Assembly (NCBI GenBank): GCA_964486425.1
Contig: CAZANF010000003.1
Location: forward strand, 7,121-31,120
DNA from: an uncultured Spirochaeta sp.
Lineage (GTDB): Bacteria; Spirochaetota; Spirochaetia; DSM-27196; DSM-8902
Direction of reading: 5' to 3'
Length of the DNA: 24,000 bases
In this document: positions 1 to 8,834 of the stretch, piece after piece
Layout: every line of letters begins with the position of its first letter
Position numbering within the stretch: position 1 is the first letter of the stretch
Position numbers and translations under genes: made by a program
The notes under the pieces: generated by a model
What the model was told of the DNA's origin: nothing
Databases searched by the model: none
What the model saw: the letters and a program-made list of their open reading frames with translations, nothing else

Positions 1-2
1 TC

Positions 3-665
3 ATCGAAATAAAGCAGGACAGCAATATCGGCGGTACGAGCGCAAGGTTCACCAAACATGCAAACTATATTCTCATCCAGCATGCAGACGGCAGCTTTGG
101 AAACTACGTCCATTTGCAGCTTGACGGGGCATTGGTAGAGGTCGGCGAAATGGTTGCGGCCGGGCAACGCATCGGACTGAGCGGCAATACCGGACGAAGC
201 AGCGGCCCGCATTTACACTTTGATGTACGCATTCCAACCATGGACGGAGAACTGCAATCAATCCCTGTTTTGTTTATGGATCATCAGGGACGGAGCATGA
301 CTGTAGAAGAGGGCAGATACTATTACGGACTTCACCCGGATAAACCGGGATTTGAGGTTTTTTTTGGTGCTGATCTTACCAATGATGATTTTATCGATCA
401 TAGAGCATCCATTCAGAGCGGAGAACTGGATATGCGAATCGAAGAAATCGACTCAACCTATGTGCTGTTTCTGCAAAATGGAACGACATCACGGCTAAAG
501 GTAGAGACAACCCTGCAGCTTCGCGGCATGAATGCGACTACTCCAACACAGTTGACAACTGTTGTTGATCCGGAAACCGAGGTCTTTTTAAGCATCCTCC
601 GTCCCCGAAATGATGCACGGCAGATTCAGTATGGCTATCAATTCCGTTATCAGGAGGTAGATTAA
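3..665 (+). CDS. M23 family metallopeptidase (LytM/NlpD-like), 5'-truncated at the window edge
   Basis: Frame 3 is open from base 3. The translation HANYILIQHADGSFGNYVHL...GLSGNTGRSSGPHLHFDVR carries the M23 zinc-ligand motifs HxxxD and HxH. Stop codon at 663-665. Confidence 0.85.
   Translation: MEIKQDSNIGGTSARFTKHANYILIQHADGSFGNYVHLQLDGALVEVGEMVAAGQRIGLSGNTGRSSGPHLHFDVRIPTMDGELQSIPVLFMDHQGRSMTVEEGRYYYGLHPDKPGFEVFFGADLTNDDFIDHRASIQSGELDMRIEEIDSTYVLFLQNGTTSRLKVETTLQLRGMNATTPTQLTTVVDPETEVFLSILRPRNDARQIQYGYQFRYQEVD
596..605 (-). repeat. GGGACGGAGG motif copy 1
   Basis: Exact CCTCCGTCCC on the plus strand, inside the M23 peptidase gene and antisense to it. The codons read L-R-P. Confidence 0.95.
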
Positions 666-720
666 TTCCCTGTATAGAGTGCGCATACCGCTGCAGCAGG
701 TCAGTGTCTACATTATTCAG

Positions 721-747
721 GTTTCCGGCGGACCCGAAACTCTTTTT
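721..747 (+). terminator. putative intrinsic terminator after the M23 peptidase gene
   Basis: GTTTCCGG...CCGAAAC forms a stem of 7 bp with one bulge, followed by TCTTTTT. It lies 56 nt after the stop codon. Confidence 0.4.
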
Positions 748-865
748 CGTATAAAGGGGTATCTTTCTGCTGCTGCTTGAACTTTCGATACAGCACACGC
801 TGTACCTGAATCGGTTCCTCTCCTGGGATTGTAAGAATTCGCTGATAGCTTCCATCCCTCTGCAT

Positions 866-2851
866 TTAATGGGCATGGGTGTTATCTGAAAAATACAAGC
901 TCAAGTCTTCGAAGATTTTCTCCCGCAGTTTCGGATCGTCTACAGGAAACAGTATTTCTACCCGGCGTTCAAGATTACGCGGCATCCAGTCCGCACTGGA
1001 GAGATACACCTCACGATTTCCACCATTCCTGAAATAAAACGCACGTGAATGCTCCAGATAGCGGTCGATTATGCTTATCACCCGGATATTTTCACTTTGA
1101 TTCTCTATACCAGGCACCAGCATGCAAATTCCCCGAATATTTAAATCTATTCGGACATGATTGCATGACGCATCGTACAATGCCGATATAACTTCCGGAT
1201 CTGCAAGTGAATTCAATTTCACAATAATGTGTCCGGGTGTTTCCAGTGTGCTTTTTTGCGATTCTCGCCTGATAAGCTCCAACACATGATTCTTCATCTG
1301 TACGGGAGCAAGAATCAATCGCTTGAGGGCTGGGATCGCCGAAAAACCGGTTATTGCATTAAAAAACTGTCCCACATCATATGCCAGTTCAGATCTGCAG
1401 CTGATAAGGCTCAAATCTGTATATCTCCTAGCCGTTTTATCATTATAGTTTCCCGTTCCCAGGTGCAGATATCGGGTAATTCCTGAATCCTCCCGGCGTA
1501 TAATCAGTAATGCCTTTGCATGTACCTTTAGCCGGGCAATTCCATACACCACCAATGCCCCTGCTTTCTCCAGCCGCTCCGCCCAGCTGATGTTGCGCTC
1601 TTCATCAAAACGAGCTTTTAGCTCAATCAGCACAGTGACCTGTTTACCATTTTGCGCCGCACGCTCTAACGCCTGGGCAATTGGAGAGTTTCCACTGGTT
1701 CTATACAGGGTCATTTTTATCGCAAGAACTTGCGGATCCTCGGATGCCTTGGAAATCAATCGTATCACTGAATCGAAGGATTCATAGGGATGATGCAGCA
1801 GAACATCTCCCTCTTTAACGGCATCCCATATGGTCGCTGCTCTCCCAATCCGCAAATTCTCCAATGGGCGCCAGGTCTCCGACCTCAGGTGATCGAGACC
1901 GTGAAGCTCTGTAAGCTCGATAAGTGGATTGATGTCTATCGGATTCGGTTTATAATAAACCTCAGAGTCCCGCAGTCCCAACCGCTCCTGCAGAATCGGC
2001 GTAAGAGGACTATTATCCACATCTACTGAAAGGCGAACGGCCTGACTTCGATCCCGCCACAGTAAGACTTGCTCCATGGCCTCCACAAAATCCTCATCAC
2101 GCTCCTCATTAACACCCATATCTGCATCGCGGGTAATTCGAAACAACACACGCTCACGAATTCGATATCCCGGGAATAGTGCATGGGCATGAGAGCGGAT
2201 AACATCCTCCAGCATTGTAAATGACGTTGTTGTCTCTGTATCTGGTAAAAACCAGATGCGAGGGAGTCCGGAAGGTATTGGTACAATGGCAAAATTCTCA
2301 CCTCCGTCCCCGAAAATTTGCTCTCCATCCTCATACTCCAGCTGAAAGGCCGCATATAAATTCAAATTTCCGATATACGGCAGGGATTTTTCGCTCTCTA
2401 TGCGGATTGGTGTGAGCAAGGGATATATCTGCTCGTGAAAACGCTTGCGAACCGTTGCTTCCTGCTCGGCGCTAAAATCGTTGGGGCGCCGTAAAATCAA
2501 CCCTTGTTCTGCAAGCGCAGGCAGCACCTCGTCCAACAAGCATGTGTACTGCATTTCCGTGAGTTCGCGTACTGTTTTGCTAATATACTGCAACTGTTCA
2601 CTCGGCCGCATTCCGGTAGGGCAAATGATATAATCACCATTATCCGCCTGACGTTTAATCGTCGCCACCCGAACCATAAAAAACTCATCAAAATTATTCG
2701 TACCGATACAGAGAAATTTCAATCGCTCCAGCAATGGCAAATCCGACCGCAAGGCCTCTGCAAGTACCCGACGATTAAACTCCAGCCAGCTCAATTCTCT
2801 GTTAACAAAGGTATATGCATTACTCACTTCTTCATCCTCTTTCTTCATCAC
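866..2851 (-). CDS. ppk: polyphosphate kinase 1
   Basis: 661 aa. The N-terminus FVNRELSWLEFNRRVLAEA and the overall length are typical of PPK1. Its start overlaps the ppx stop by 4 nt. Confidence 0.95.
   Translation of the reverse strand: MMKKEDEEVSNAYTFVNRELSWLEFNRRVLAEALRSDLPLLERLKFLCIGTNNFDEFFMVRVATIKRQADNGDYIICPTGMRPSEQLQYISKTVRELTEMQYTCLLDEVLPALAEQGLILRRPNDFSAEQEATVRKRFHEQIYPLLTPIRIESEKSLPYIGNLNLYAAFQLEYEDGEQIFGDGGENFAIVPIPSGLPRIWFLPDTETTTSFTMLEDVIRSHAHALFPGYRIRERVLFRITRDADMGVNEERDEDFVEAMEQVLLWRDRSQAVRLSVDVDNSPLTPILQERLGLRDSEVYYKPNPIDINPLIELTELHGLDHLRSETWRPLENLRIGRAATIWDAVKEGDVLLHHPYESFDSVIRLISKASEDPQVLAIKMTLYRTSGNSPIAQALERAAQNGKQVTVLIELKARFDEERNISWAERLEKAGALVVYGIARLKVHAKALLIIRREDSGITRYLHLGTGNYNDKTARRYTDLSLISCRSELAYDVGQFFNAITGFSAIPALKRLILAPVQMKNHVLELIRRESQKSTLETPGHIIVKLNSLADPEVISALYDASCNHVRIDLNIRGICMLVPGIENQSENIRVISIIDRYLEHSRAFYFRNGGNREVYLSSADWMPRNLERRVEILFPVDDPKLREKIFEDLSLYFSDNTHAH
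2301..2310 (-). repeat. GGGACGGAGG motif copy 2
   Basis: Exact copy in ppk, sense orientation. It encodes G-D-G-G. Confidence 0.95.
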
Positions 2852-4395
2852 TGCACTTGAACCCGATACCCAAAAACATTTTCAAATAGCTCTGCCTTAT
2901 CCAGGGCCCCCGCTTTCTCTGCTGATATATCACCGGTATGGGTACAGTGAATAACCACATCATTTTCCCGAATTTCTACCTGTATCCGAGATACCCGTCG
3001 TGAGTGTCCTCGATCTAATCCATCAGCGATCCGCAGAATCGCTGCCAGTTTTTGCACCAGCATTCGCTGCCCGGTCCGTAAAGCTGTATAGGAACTGTGC
3101 GCAGTGCTGGGCATTGATCGTCGATGATATCGCACCACATTGGACACCACCCGGATATCCTGCCGGGACAGTCCGAATATCTCTGAGTTAGACACGAGAT
3201 ACTGACCATGTTTATGGTGACCGCTGCCACGTATGAAATATCCGACATCATGAAGGACAGCCGCAACCTCTAAAAGCAGCCTCGCCTGATCATCCATACC
3301 ATGATCGGATTTCAATTGATCAAACAGCTGCAATGCAAGTATGGCTACATGGATTGAATGCTCCCGATCATAGTGAAACTTTTTTCCCAAACTCTCTGCA
3401 CTCGCCCGCACCTGCATATGAAACTGATCCTCTACCTTAGGACTTTTGCCGGTGATCAGATTCATAAGTACACCTTCGCGTATGCTTACATCAGGAATAA
3501 TCAGATTTTCCGAGGAGGTAGCCTGCAGGAAATATTTACACATCAGCAAAGCCGGAACAAATCCTTCCGCCTCGTTGTATGTAATCCCGAACTTTCGAAC
3601 AATTTTTTCCATGCTATAGCTCTGGGTACGGTCAACAAACTCCTCAAAATCCTTCCGCTCGATAATACTGAATTGATCGCGTCTTTTGGTGTTGGGTATA
3701 AAAGAGGCCGCCATCCGGGCATCTCCCCCGACTGCTACAAAAAATTTAATCCTGATTAGTGGCAGTTCGGTGTCCAGCAGCTCGAGATTGATTCGAAGAT
3801 TCTCCCGGATAAACGTATCTAGATAATTAGATGTTTCTGAGCGTCCACGGATCTGTTCCTCCAGGCGAACAGTGCCCAAACGAAGCGAATGAGCCGATAC
3901 CATTCGTCCGCGCTTTAACAGCATAACCTCTGTGGTGCCGCCCCCGACTTCAAGAATAAGTGAATTAAAACGCGCGAATTGTGGCCGTATCGCTCTGATC
4001 GCATGATTAACTGCAATATAGGTCAGGTAGTTTTCCTCTACACCTTCAATAAGATTTATTTTGAGGCCAGTCTTTGTCCACACTCTATCTATAAAAATAT
4101 CTCGATTCCGGGCTTCCCGAAGCGCGCTGGTAGCAATAACCCGTAAATCAGACTTTCTTAATCCGTATCCTAATGCCAACTCTACAAACCCGGCCAGGAT
4201 ACGGATTGATTGCAGTAAGCTGTCCCTGCTAATCATACCGTGTACAAACACATCACGGCCCAATGTAACAGGACGACTTGCCCGGTCTATGCGATTAATC
4301 GCACCTCCGTCCCTGGAAACCTCGGAGATTAATATGCGAATTGCAGTGGAGCCGATATCAATAACCCCAACCACTCGCGGAGGAGTTTTACTCAT
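2848..4395 (-). CDS. ppx: exopolyphosphatase (Ppx/GppA family) with C-terminal HD domain
   Basis: 515 aa. It has actin-like ATPase motifs (VIDIGSTAIRILI, LEVGGGTTE) and an HD region (LHDVGYF...GHHKHG). It overlaps both neighbours by 4 nt. Confidence 0.9.
   Translation of the reverse strand: MSKTPPRVVGVIDIGSTAIRILISEVSRDGGAINRIDRASRPVTLGRDVFVHGMISRDSLLQSIRILAGFVELALGYGLRKSDLRVIATSALREARNRDIFIDRVWTKTGLKINLIEGVEENYLTYIAVNHAIRAIRPQFARFNSLILEVGGGTTEVMLLKRGRMVSAHSLRLGTVRLEEQIRGRSETSNYLDTFIRENLRINLELLDTELPLIRIKFFVAVGGDARMAASFIPNTKRRDQFSIIERKDFEEFVDRTQSYSMEKIVRKFGITYNEAEGFVPALLMCKYFLQATSSENLIIPDVSIREGVLMNLITGKSPKVEDQFHMQVRASAESLGKKFHYDREHSIHVAILALQLFDQLKSDHGMDDQARLLLEVAAVLHDVGYFIRGSGHHKHGQYLVSNSEIFGLSRQDIRVVSNVVRYHRRSMPSTAHSSYTALRTGQRMLVQKLAAILRIADGLDRGHSRRVSRIQVEIRENDVVIHCTHTGDISAEKAGALDKAELFENVFGYRVQVQ
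4304..4313 (-). repeat. GGGACGGAGG motif copy 3
   Basis: Exact copy in ppx, sense orientation. It encodes R-D-G-G. Confidence 0.95.
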
Positions 4396-5372
4396 TGTTC
4401 TCTTCCCTGTAAGTAATCGTGTACCAGTGCCGAAACGCCCAATGGAACTGCATCATCACCCAGGGAAGCAGAAATAACCTTCACATGTGCAGACAATTCC
4501 GGCATACAGTGAGCTTTCATTGCGGTTATTGCCTTTTCTACATATGTTTTCCCCAGCTTTTGCACAATTCCTCCACCGAGTATTATTAGCTCTGGATTGA
4601 AAATTTGCACACAGGTTGCCATTCCAATTCCCAAATACCGGATACTCCGATCTATCAGATTCATCACCGCCGCTTCCTCAGCATCCAGAGCCTTCTTTAT
4701 TACTGAGCTTCGTATCTTGCTGATATCCGTCCCTGCATGTTTGAATACTGTTGGTGCATATCCTGCGGCTGAGAGCATGACAAGATCCTTTGCCAATGCA
4801 GTCTTACTTGCTAATCCCTCAAACGTACCATTAATTCCTGCAGTAGTTGCCGGTCCATCTGTCTGAAGAATAATATGTCCAATTTCTCCCGCGGCACCTT
4901 TTGCTCCACGATATAATTCTCCATTAAGAATCATTCCACCGCCGATGCCGGTACCTATAAACAGCCCGATTATATGCCGTGCTTTTCGGACAGAACCGAA
5001 GCGAAACTCTCCATACAATCCTGCATTTACATCATTCTCGATTACTACCGGAACCTTAAAGTATTCTGCGACTTTTTTCCTAATATCAAGGTTGCTGAGA
5101 TTCAAATTCGGCAGATGCGCAATATGGCCGGTATGAAGGTCGACCAGTCCAGGGACCGCCAGGCCGACTCCAGCGACCTCCGTCCCCGATATCGAAGCTT
5201 TTTGCAACGAATCCTCGATAGTCTGAATAATCTTGCGCACAAGCGCTTCTTCGCTGGTAATCTGCAGTGTCTTTCGCTTGCTCCTGGCGAGTATAGAGCC
5301 CTCAGGGGATATAACTGCCGAGAGCATTTTTGTTCCCCCCAGATCAAATCCGATAATACATTTATTGCTCAT
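4392..5372 (-). CDS. ROK family sugar kinase (glucokinase-like), first gene of the rok-ppx-ppk operon
   Basis: 326 aa. It has the GFDLGGTKM phosphate-1 motif, the ENDVNAG glucose motif and GEIGH. The usual CxCGxxGCxE zinc motif is absent and is replaced by ATTAGINGTFE. Confidence 0.85.
   Translation of the reverse strand: MSNKCIIGFDLGGTKMLSAVISPEGSILARSKRKTLQITSEEALVRKIIQTIEDSLQKASISGTEVAGVGLAVPGLVDLHTGHIAHLPNLNLSNLDIRKKVAEYFKVPVVIENDVNAGLYGEFRFGSVRKARHIIGLFIGTGIGGGMILNGELYRGAKGAAGEIGHIILQTDGPATTAGINGTFEGLASKTALAKDLVMLSAAGYAPTVFKHAGTDISKIRSSVIKKALDAEEAAVMNLIDRSIRYLGIGMATCVQIFNPELIILGGGIVQKLGKTYVEKAITAMKAHCMPELSAHVKVISASLGDDAVPLGVSALVHDYLQGREQ
5177..5186 (-). repeat. GGGACGGAGG motif copy 4
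   Basis: Exact copy in the ROK kinase gene, sense orientation. It encodes G-T-E-V. Confidence 0.95.
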
Positions 5373-5414
5373 TTCCTCTCCAAAACATAGGAAGATTGTG
5401 CTTACAGTGGCTAT

Positions 5415-6227
5415 ATGCTACCATCATCGCACATGGGCTTACCTGAATCAACGCAGCAGCAAACCACCGGAATCATTTTGGGAAGATTCCTCCCCCCTCA
5501 TGAGGGTCATCGCTTTTTAATTGACTATGCAAATTGTTTAGTAGATGAGCTCACAATTTTTCTATGTTCACTGCCTGACGAGCCTATTTCCGGTGAAACA
5601 CGTCTGGACTGGATGCAGGAGCTGTTTCCCAAATGCCGTATCATCCATTTCTCACAAGCTTTACCGGAAGCAGGCAGAGAAAATCCTCAAGCTCCTTTGA
5701 TCTGGGCGCAATATATAACCCCGCACATGCAGTCCGGTATTGACTTCGTATTTGCATCAGAGGACTACGGAAAACCGCTGGCCGATGCACTGAACGCACA
5801 ATTCATTCCGGTCGATCTTGGGCGAAACAGCGTACCAGTAAGCGGACGCCAGATACGGGAAAATCCTTTCCAACACTGGAATCGCCTTCCCCATCCTGTT
5901 CGAGCACATTTCGTGAAAAGAATCGGGATTATCTGCCGCACCGCCCGCGAACTCAAAGCTGTGGACACCGCAGCAGAACAACTGGAAACCCTCGTCGTGG
6001 CGCTCCCGGAAGATACCATAAAGGCCGATGCACTGTTATATGCAGCAAGCCGTCAGGCTTTTCGTTACCTGATTGTTATATTATCCCCATCACAAAAAGA
6101 TGAAATAGTTTTCCACCGTACAATTGAATCCTTTGACTCCATCATTGATATGCAAGACCTTACAGATCTATCAGCCGCAGCTATTCTTCATCATATTGGT
6201 GCGACTTTTCTGATTGACAACAACTAA
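5415..6227 (+). CDS. NadR-type nicotinamide-nucleotide adenylyltransferase-like protein
   Basis: 270 aa. GIILGRFLPPHEGHRFLI matches the (H/T)xGH nucleotidyltransferase motif as seen in the NadR NMNAT domain. VSGRQIRENP resembles the ISSTxxR motif. The C-terminal ~100 aa has no Walker A. An alternative start is ATG 5433. Confidence 0.7.
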   Translation: MLPSSHMGLPESTQQQTTGIILGRFLPPHEGHRFLIDYANCLVDELTIFLCSLPDEPISGETRLDWMQELFPKCRIIHFSQALPEAGRENPQAPLIWAQYITPHMQSGIDFVFASEDYGKPLADALNAQFIPVDLGRNSVPVSGRQIRENPFQHWNRLPHPVRAHFVKRIGIICRTARELKAVDTAAEQLETLVVALPEDTIKADALLYAASRQAFRYLIVILSPSQKDEIVFHRTIESFDSIIDMQDLTDLSAAAILHHIGATFLIDNN

Positions 6228-6248
6228 TCCCGCGTCTACGCTTTCTAC

Positions 6249-6737
6249 ATGACGTGGTTACCATATATATGGGCAATTGCCGGTGTTCTCATGATAGGTT
6301 CTGAAATCTTCTTCTCTGATTTTGTGATGTTCTTTTTTGGTCTCGGGGCTTTATTGACCGGTATCATCACATTGATGTTTCCCGACATAGCGCTGAATAT
6401 TCCTTTCCAATTTGGATTATGGATTATATTATCATCCGTTTCACTGCTGACATTACGAAGATATTTCAGTAAAACCTTCCGCGGTTCCATTTTAAGCGAA
6501 AACCGACAGGATGAGATGATTGGTCGATCGGCTCGTGTAGTTGAGGAAATTTCACCCGATAAGCCAGGTCGCATTTCTTTTGAAGGGACTACATGGAAGG
6601 CAGTTTGTTATGGTGAGCATTTCATGCCGGATGATCGGGTTACAATTATTCAGCAAGAAGGTATCGGCTATGTAGTTACCCAATCCCTGCTTCCGGAGGA
6701 GGAACCTGCTTCCAAAGAAAAGGGCGAAGAAACATAA
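6249..6737 (+). CDS. NfeD family membrane protein
   Basis: 162 aa. It has N-terminal transmembrane helices and a C-terminal OB-like soluble domain (GRSARVVEEISPDKPGRISFEGTTWKAV). It lies directly upstream of SPFH genes, which is the canonical NfeD context. Confidence 0.85.
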   Translation: MTWLPYIWAIAGVLMIGSEIFFSDFVMFFFGLGALLTGIITLMFPDIALNIPFQFGLWIILSSVSLLTLRRYFSKTFRGSILSENRQDEMIGRSARVVEEISPDKPGRISFEGTTWKAVCYGEHFMPDDRVTIIQQEGIGYVVTQSLLPEEEPASKEKGEET

Positions 6738-6764
6738 ACCGTTATTATCCACATAGGAGGAATT

Positions 6765-7754
6765 ATGGAACCGTTTGTTGCGTATAGCATTACCATATTA
6801 CTGTTAGGGCTTTTCTTCATGATCTTTTTTAAACTGCTTCGTATAGTACCTGAACAAGAAGCCTGGATCGTCGAAAACTTCGGAAAATTTCGGGCAACAC
6901 TGGGACCCGGATTTCATTTGGTTATACCTATCGTTCAAAAAATTGCATATAAGCAAATTATCAAGGAAGAGGTTATTGATGTACCTCCTCAAGTATGTAT
7001 CACCAAGGACAATGTCCAGGTTGAGGTAGATGGGTTGTTATATCTGCGTGTGGTGGATCCGGTAAAGGCCGCGTATGGAATAGACAACTATCGATTCGGT
7101 ACCGCGCAGCTCGCACAGACCACGATGCGATCGGAAATTGGAAAGATTTCCCTGGATAATACCTTTTCCGAACGGGACCTCATCAATCGGGCAATTGTAA
7201 AGGCTGTAGATGAGGCAAGTGATCCATGGGGAATCAAAATCACCCGGTATGAAATTCGTGACATCACCCCCACCGAAACAATACTGAAAGCAATGGAGCA
7301 GCAGGTACGAGCGGAGCGGGAAAAGCGAGCCGATATACTCACCAGCGAGGGGGAACGCGACAGCAGGATCAATCTTTCCAGAGGTGAACGTGCCGAAGCC
7401 ATTAATCTTTCAAAAGGAGAACGCCAGAAACGTATCAATCTCTCAGATGGAAAAGCCCGCGCAATTGAAATCATCGCAGAAGCAACTGCCGAGGGACTCA
7501 AAACCGTAGCGTCCGCAATCCGCGTGCCAAAAGGCGAACGCGCCCTCTCAATGCGCATCGCAGATCAATATATTGAACAACTAGGAGAAATACTCAGTAC
7601 AGCCGACACCACCGTGTTGCCACATGATCTCGCTCAAATTCGCGGGATGCTGCAGAGCATTATCCCCTCAGGAGAAAAACTGTTCACTGGAGGGACGGAG
7701 GTGAAGGCAAATGATTCACCCGTTGCCTCCAATACAAAAGGAGATATCGCATGA
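6765..7754 (+). CDS. SPFH domain / band 7 (stomatin/paraslipin-like) protein, paralog 1
   Basis: 329 aa. It has an N-terminal transmembrane helix, an SPFH core (VPPQVCITKDNVQVEVDGLLYLRVVDP...QTTMRSEIGK...WGIKITRYEI) and a C-terminal 11-aa repeat coiled coil. Confidence 0.9.
   Translation: MEPFVAYSITILLLGLFFMIFFKLLRIVPEQEAWIVENFGKFRATLGPGFHLVIPIVQKIAYKQIIKEEVIDVPPQVCITKDNVQVEVDGLLYLRVVDPVKAAYGIDNYRFGTAQLAQTTMRSEIGKISLDNTFSERDLINRAIVKAVDEASDPWGIKITRYEIRDITPTETILKAMEQQVRAEREKRADILTSEGERDSRINLSRGERAEAINLSKGERQKRINLSDGKARAIEIIAEATAEGLKTVASAIRVPKGERALSMRIADQYIEQLGEILSTADTTVLPHDLAQIRGMLQSIIPSGEKLFTGGTEVKANDSPVASNTKGDIA
7350..7448 (+). repeat. three tandem 33-bp (11-aa) repeats inside SPFH paralog 1
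   Basis: The units encode GERDSRINLSR / GERAEAINLSK / GERQKRINLSD. The same 11-aa periodicity is visible, in degenerate form, in paralog 2. Confidence 0.85.
7692..7701 (+). repeat. GGGACGGAGG motif copy 5
   Basis: Exact copy in SPFH paralog 1, sense orientation. It encodes G-T-E-V. Confidence 0.95.
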
Positions 7755-8692
7755 GTGCATATTTACCGTTCCAAATACTAATTGGGGTACTGGGATTAGT
7801 CATCATATACAGTCTTATACGCAGTATTCGTATCATACCCGCTAGAAGTACTATGGTTATCGAACGTTTGGGAAAATACGCACACACACTTCAGGCAGGA
7901 TTTCATATTCTGATTCCTTTTGTAGATCGCGTTAAATATACGCACAGTCTAAAAGAACAAGCTATTGATGTGCCCAGCCAACCGTGTTTTACACAAGACA
8001 ATGTAAAGGTTGAAGTAGATGGAGTCCTGTATTTCAAGGTGAGCGACCCCAAGCGAGCATCCTATGGAATAACCAACTATCGATATGCAACTATTCAGCT
8101 CGCACAAACAACCATGCGATCTATCATCGGAAAACTGGAATTGGATAAAACCTTCGAAGAGCGGGAAAATATTAATGCCTCAATACTTCGTGATATCGAT
8201 CAGGCAACAGATCCCTGGGGCGTTACAATTACCCGATATGAGATCCAGAATATTCGGGTCCCTGATAATATCCTCACTGCCATGGAAATCCAATTGCGGG
8301 CGGAGCGCGAAAAAAGGGCTGTGATCGCTCGAAGTATTGGCGAAATGGAATCACGCATCAACTATTCCAAGGGAATGATGGAAGAATCCATCAATATGTC
8401 AGAAGGTCAAAAAGAACGATATATTAATGAAGCTGAAGGAAAAGCAGCTGAAATACGAACAATTGCCAACGCTACAGCAGTAAGTCTTGAAAAAATCGCT
8501 TCAGCATTGCAGGGGGACGGAGGCGACGAAGCATTAGCCCTTCATTTATCGGAATCCTATATCCAACAGCTCAGAACTCTCGCAAATAAGAAAACCAAAC
8601 TCATTCTACCTCTTGATCTGAGTGATATGGGGTCTCTCATGGACACTGTTAACCAGATGCTTACAAGAACGGCTGGTTCATTCGAAACCTGA
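7751..8692 (+). CDS. SPFH domain / band 7 protein, paralog 2
   Basis: 313 aa and clearly paralogous to the upstream gene (VPSQPCFTQDNVKVEVDGVLYFKVSDP...QTTMRSIIGK...WGVTITRYEI). Its start overlaps the stop of paralog 1 by 4 nt. Confidence 0.9.
   Translation: MSAYLPFQILIGVLGLVIIYSLIRSIRIIPARSTMVIERLGKYAHTLQAGFHILIPFVDRVKYTHSLKEQAIDVPSQPCFTQDNVKVEVDGVLYFKVSDPKRASYGITNYRYATIQLAQTTMRSIIGKLELDKTFEERENINASILRDIDQATDPWGVTITRYEIQNIRVPDNILTAMEIQLRAEREKRAVIARSIGEMESRINYSKGMMEESINMSEGQKERYINEAEGKAAEIRTIANATAVSLEKIASALQGDGGDEALALHLSESYIQQLRTLANKKTKLILPLDLSDMGSLMDTVNQMLTRTAGSFET
8514..8523 (+). repeat. GGGACGGAGG motif copy 6
   Basis: Exact copy in SPFH paralog 2, sense orientation. It encodes G-D-G-G. 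Confidence 0.95.
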
Positions 8693-8713
8693 TTATTGTT
8701 TTATGATCCAACG

Positions 8714-8723
8714 GGGACGGAGG
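8714..8723 (+). repeat. GGGACGGAGG motif copy 7 (left arm of hairpin)
   Basis: Exact copy in the intergenic region, 22 nt after the SPFH2 stop. Confidence 0.95.
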
Positions 8724-8750
8724 AAAACCCGCATTTATACCAATTGTTTA

Positions 8751-8760
8751 CCTCCGTCCC
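8751..8760 (-). repeat. GGGACGGAGG motif copy 8 (right arm of hairpin)
   Basis: Exact copy in the intergenic region, inverted relative to copy 7. Confidence 0.95.
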
Positions 8761-8834
8761 TTATTCCTGTACTTATCCTGTAGTTTTCTTCATACATTTA
8801 ATGCCTGGCGATATTATTGAGAGTATATAAGTGT

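Larger units (their letters stand above)
8714..8768 (+). terminator. hairpin built from an inverted pair of the 10-mer; putative terminator of the nfeD-SPFH operon or a REP-like element
   Basis: GGGACGGAGG (8714-8723) pairs perfectly with CCTCCGTCCC (8751-8760). After an A/A mismatch, 4 more bp can pair (8725-8728 with 8746-8749). The hairpin is followed by a moderately U-rich TTATTCCT. Confidence 0.5.

Noticed and set aside
7350-7448. The 33-bp tandem repeat in SPFH1 read as a hypervariable or mobile minisatellite.
   Set aside because: The repeats are in frame and diverge at synonymous and conservative positions. They match the 11-residue periodicity expected for the SPFH C-terminal coiled coil, and the paralog shows the same periodicity.
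7088-7558. A 156-aa minus-strand ORF rich in Arg, Ser and Ala.
   Set aside because: It is antisense to SPFH paralog 1. Its periodic sequence simply mirrors the 33-bp coiled-coil repeats of the real gene.
8713-8723. G-quadruplex potential of the G-rich motif form.
   Set aside because: Each copy has only one G4 run plus two GG dinucleotides. Neighbouring copies are far too distant to form a four-tract quadruplex.
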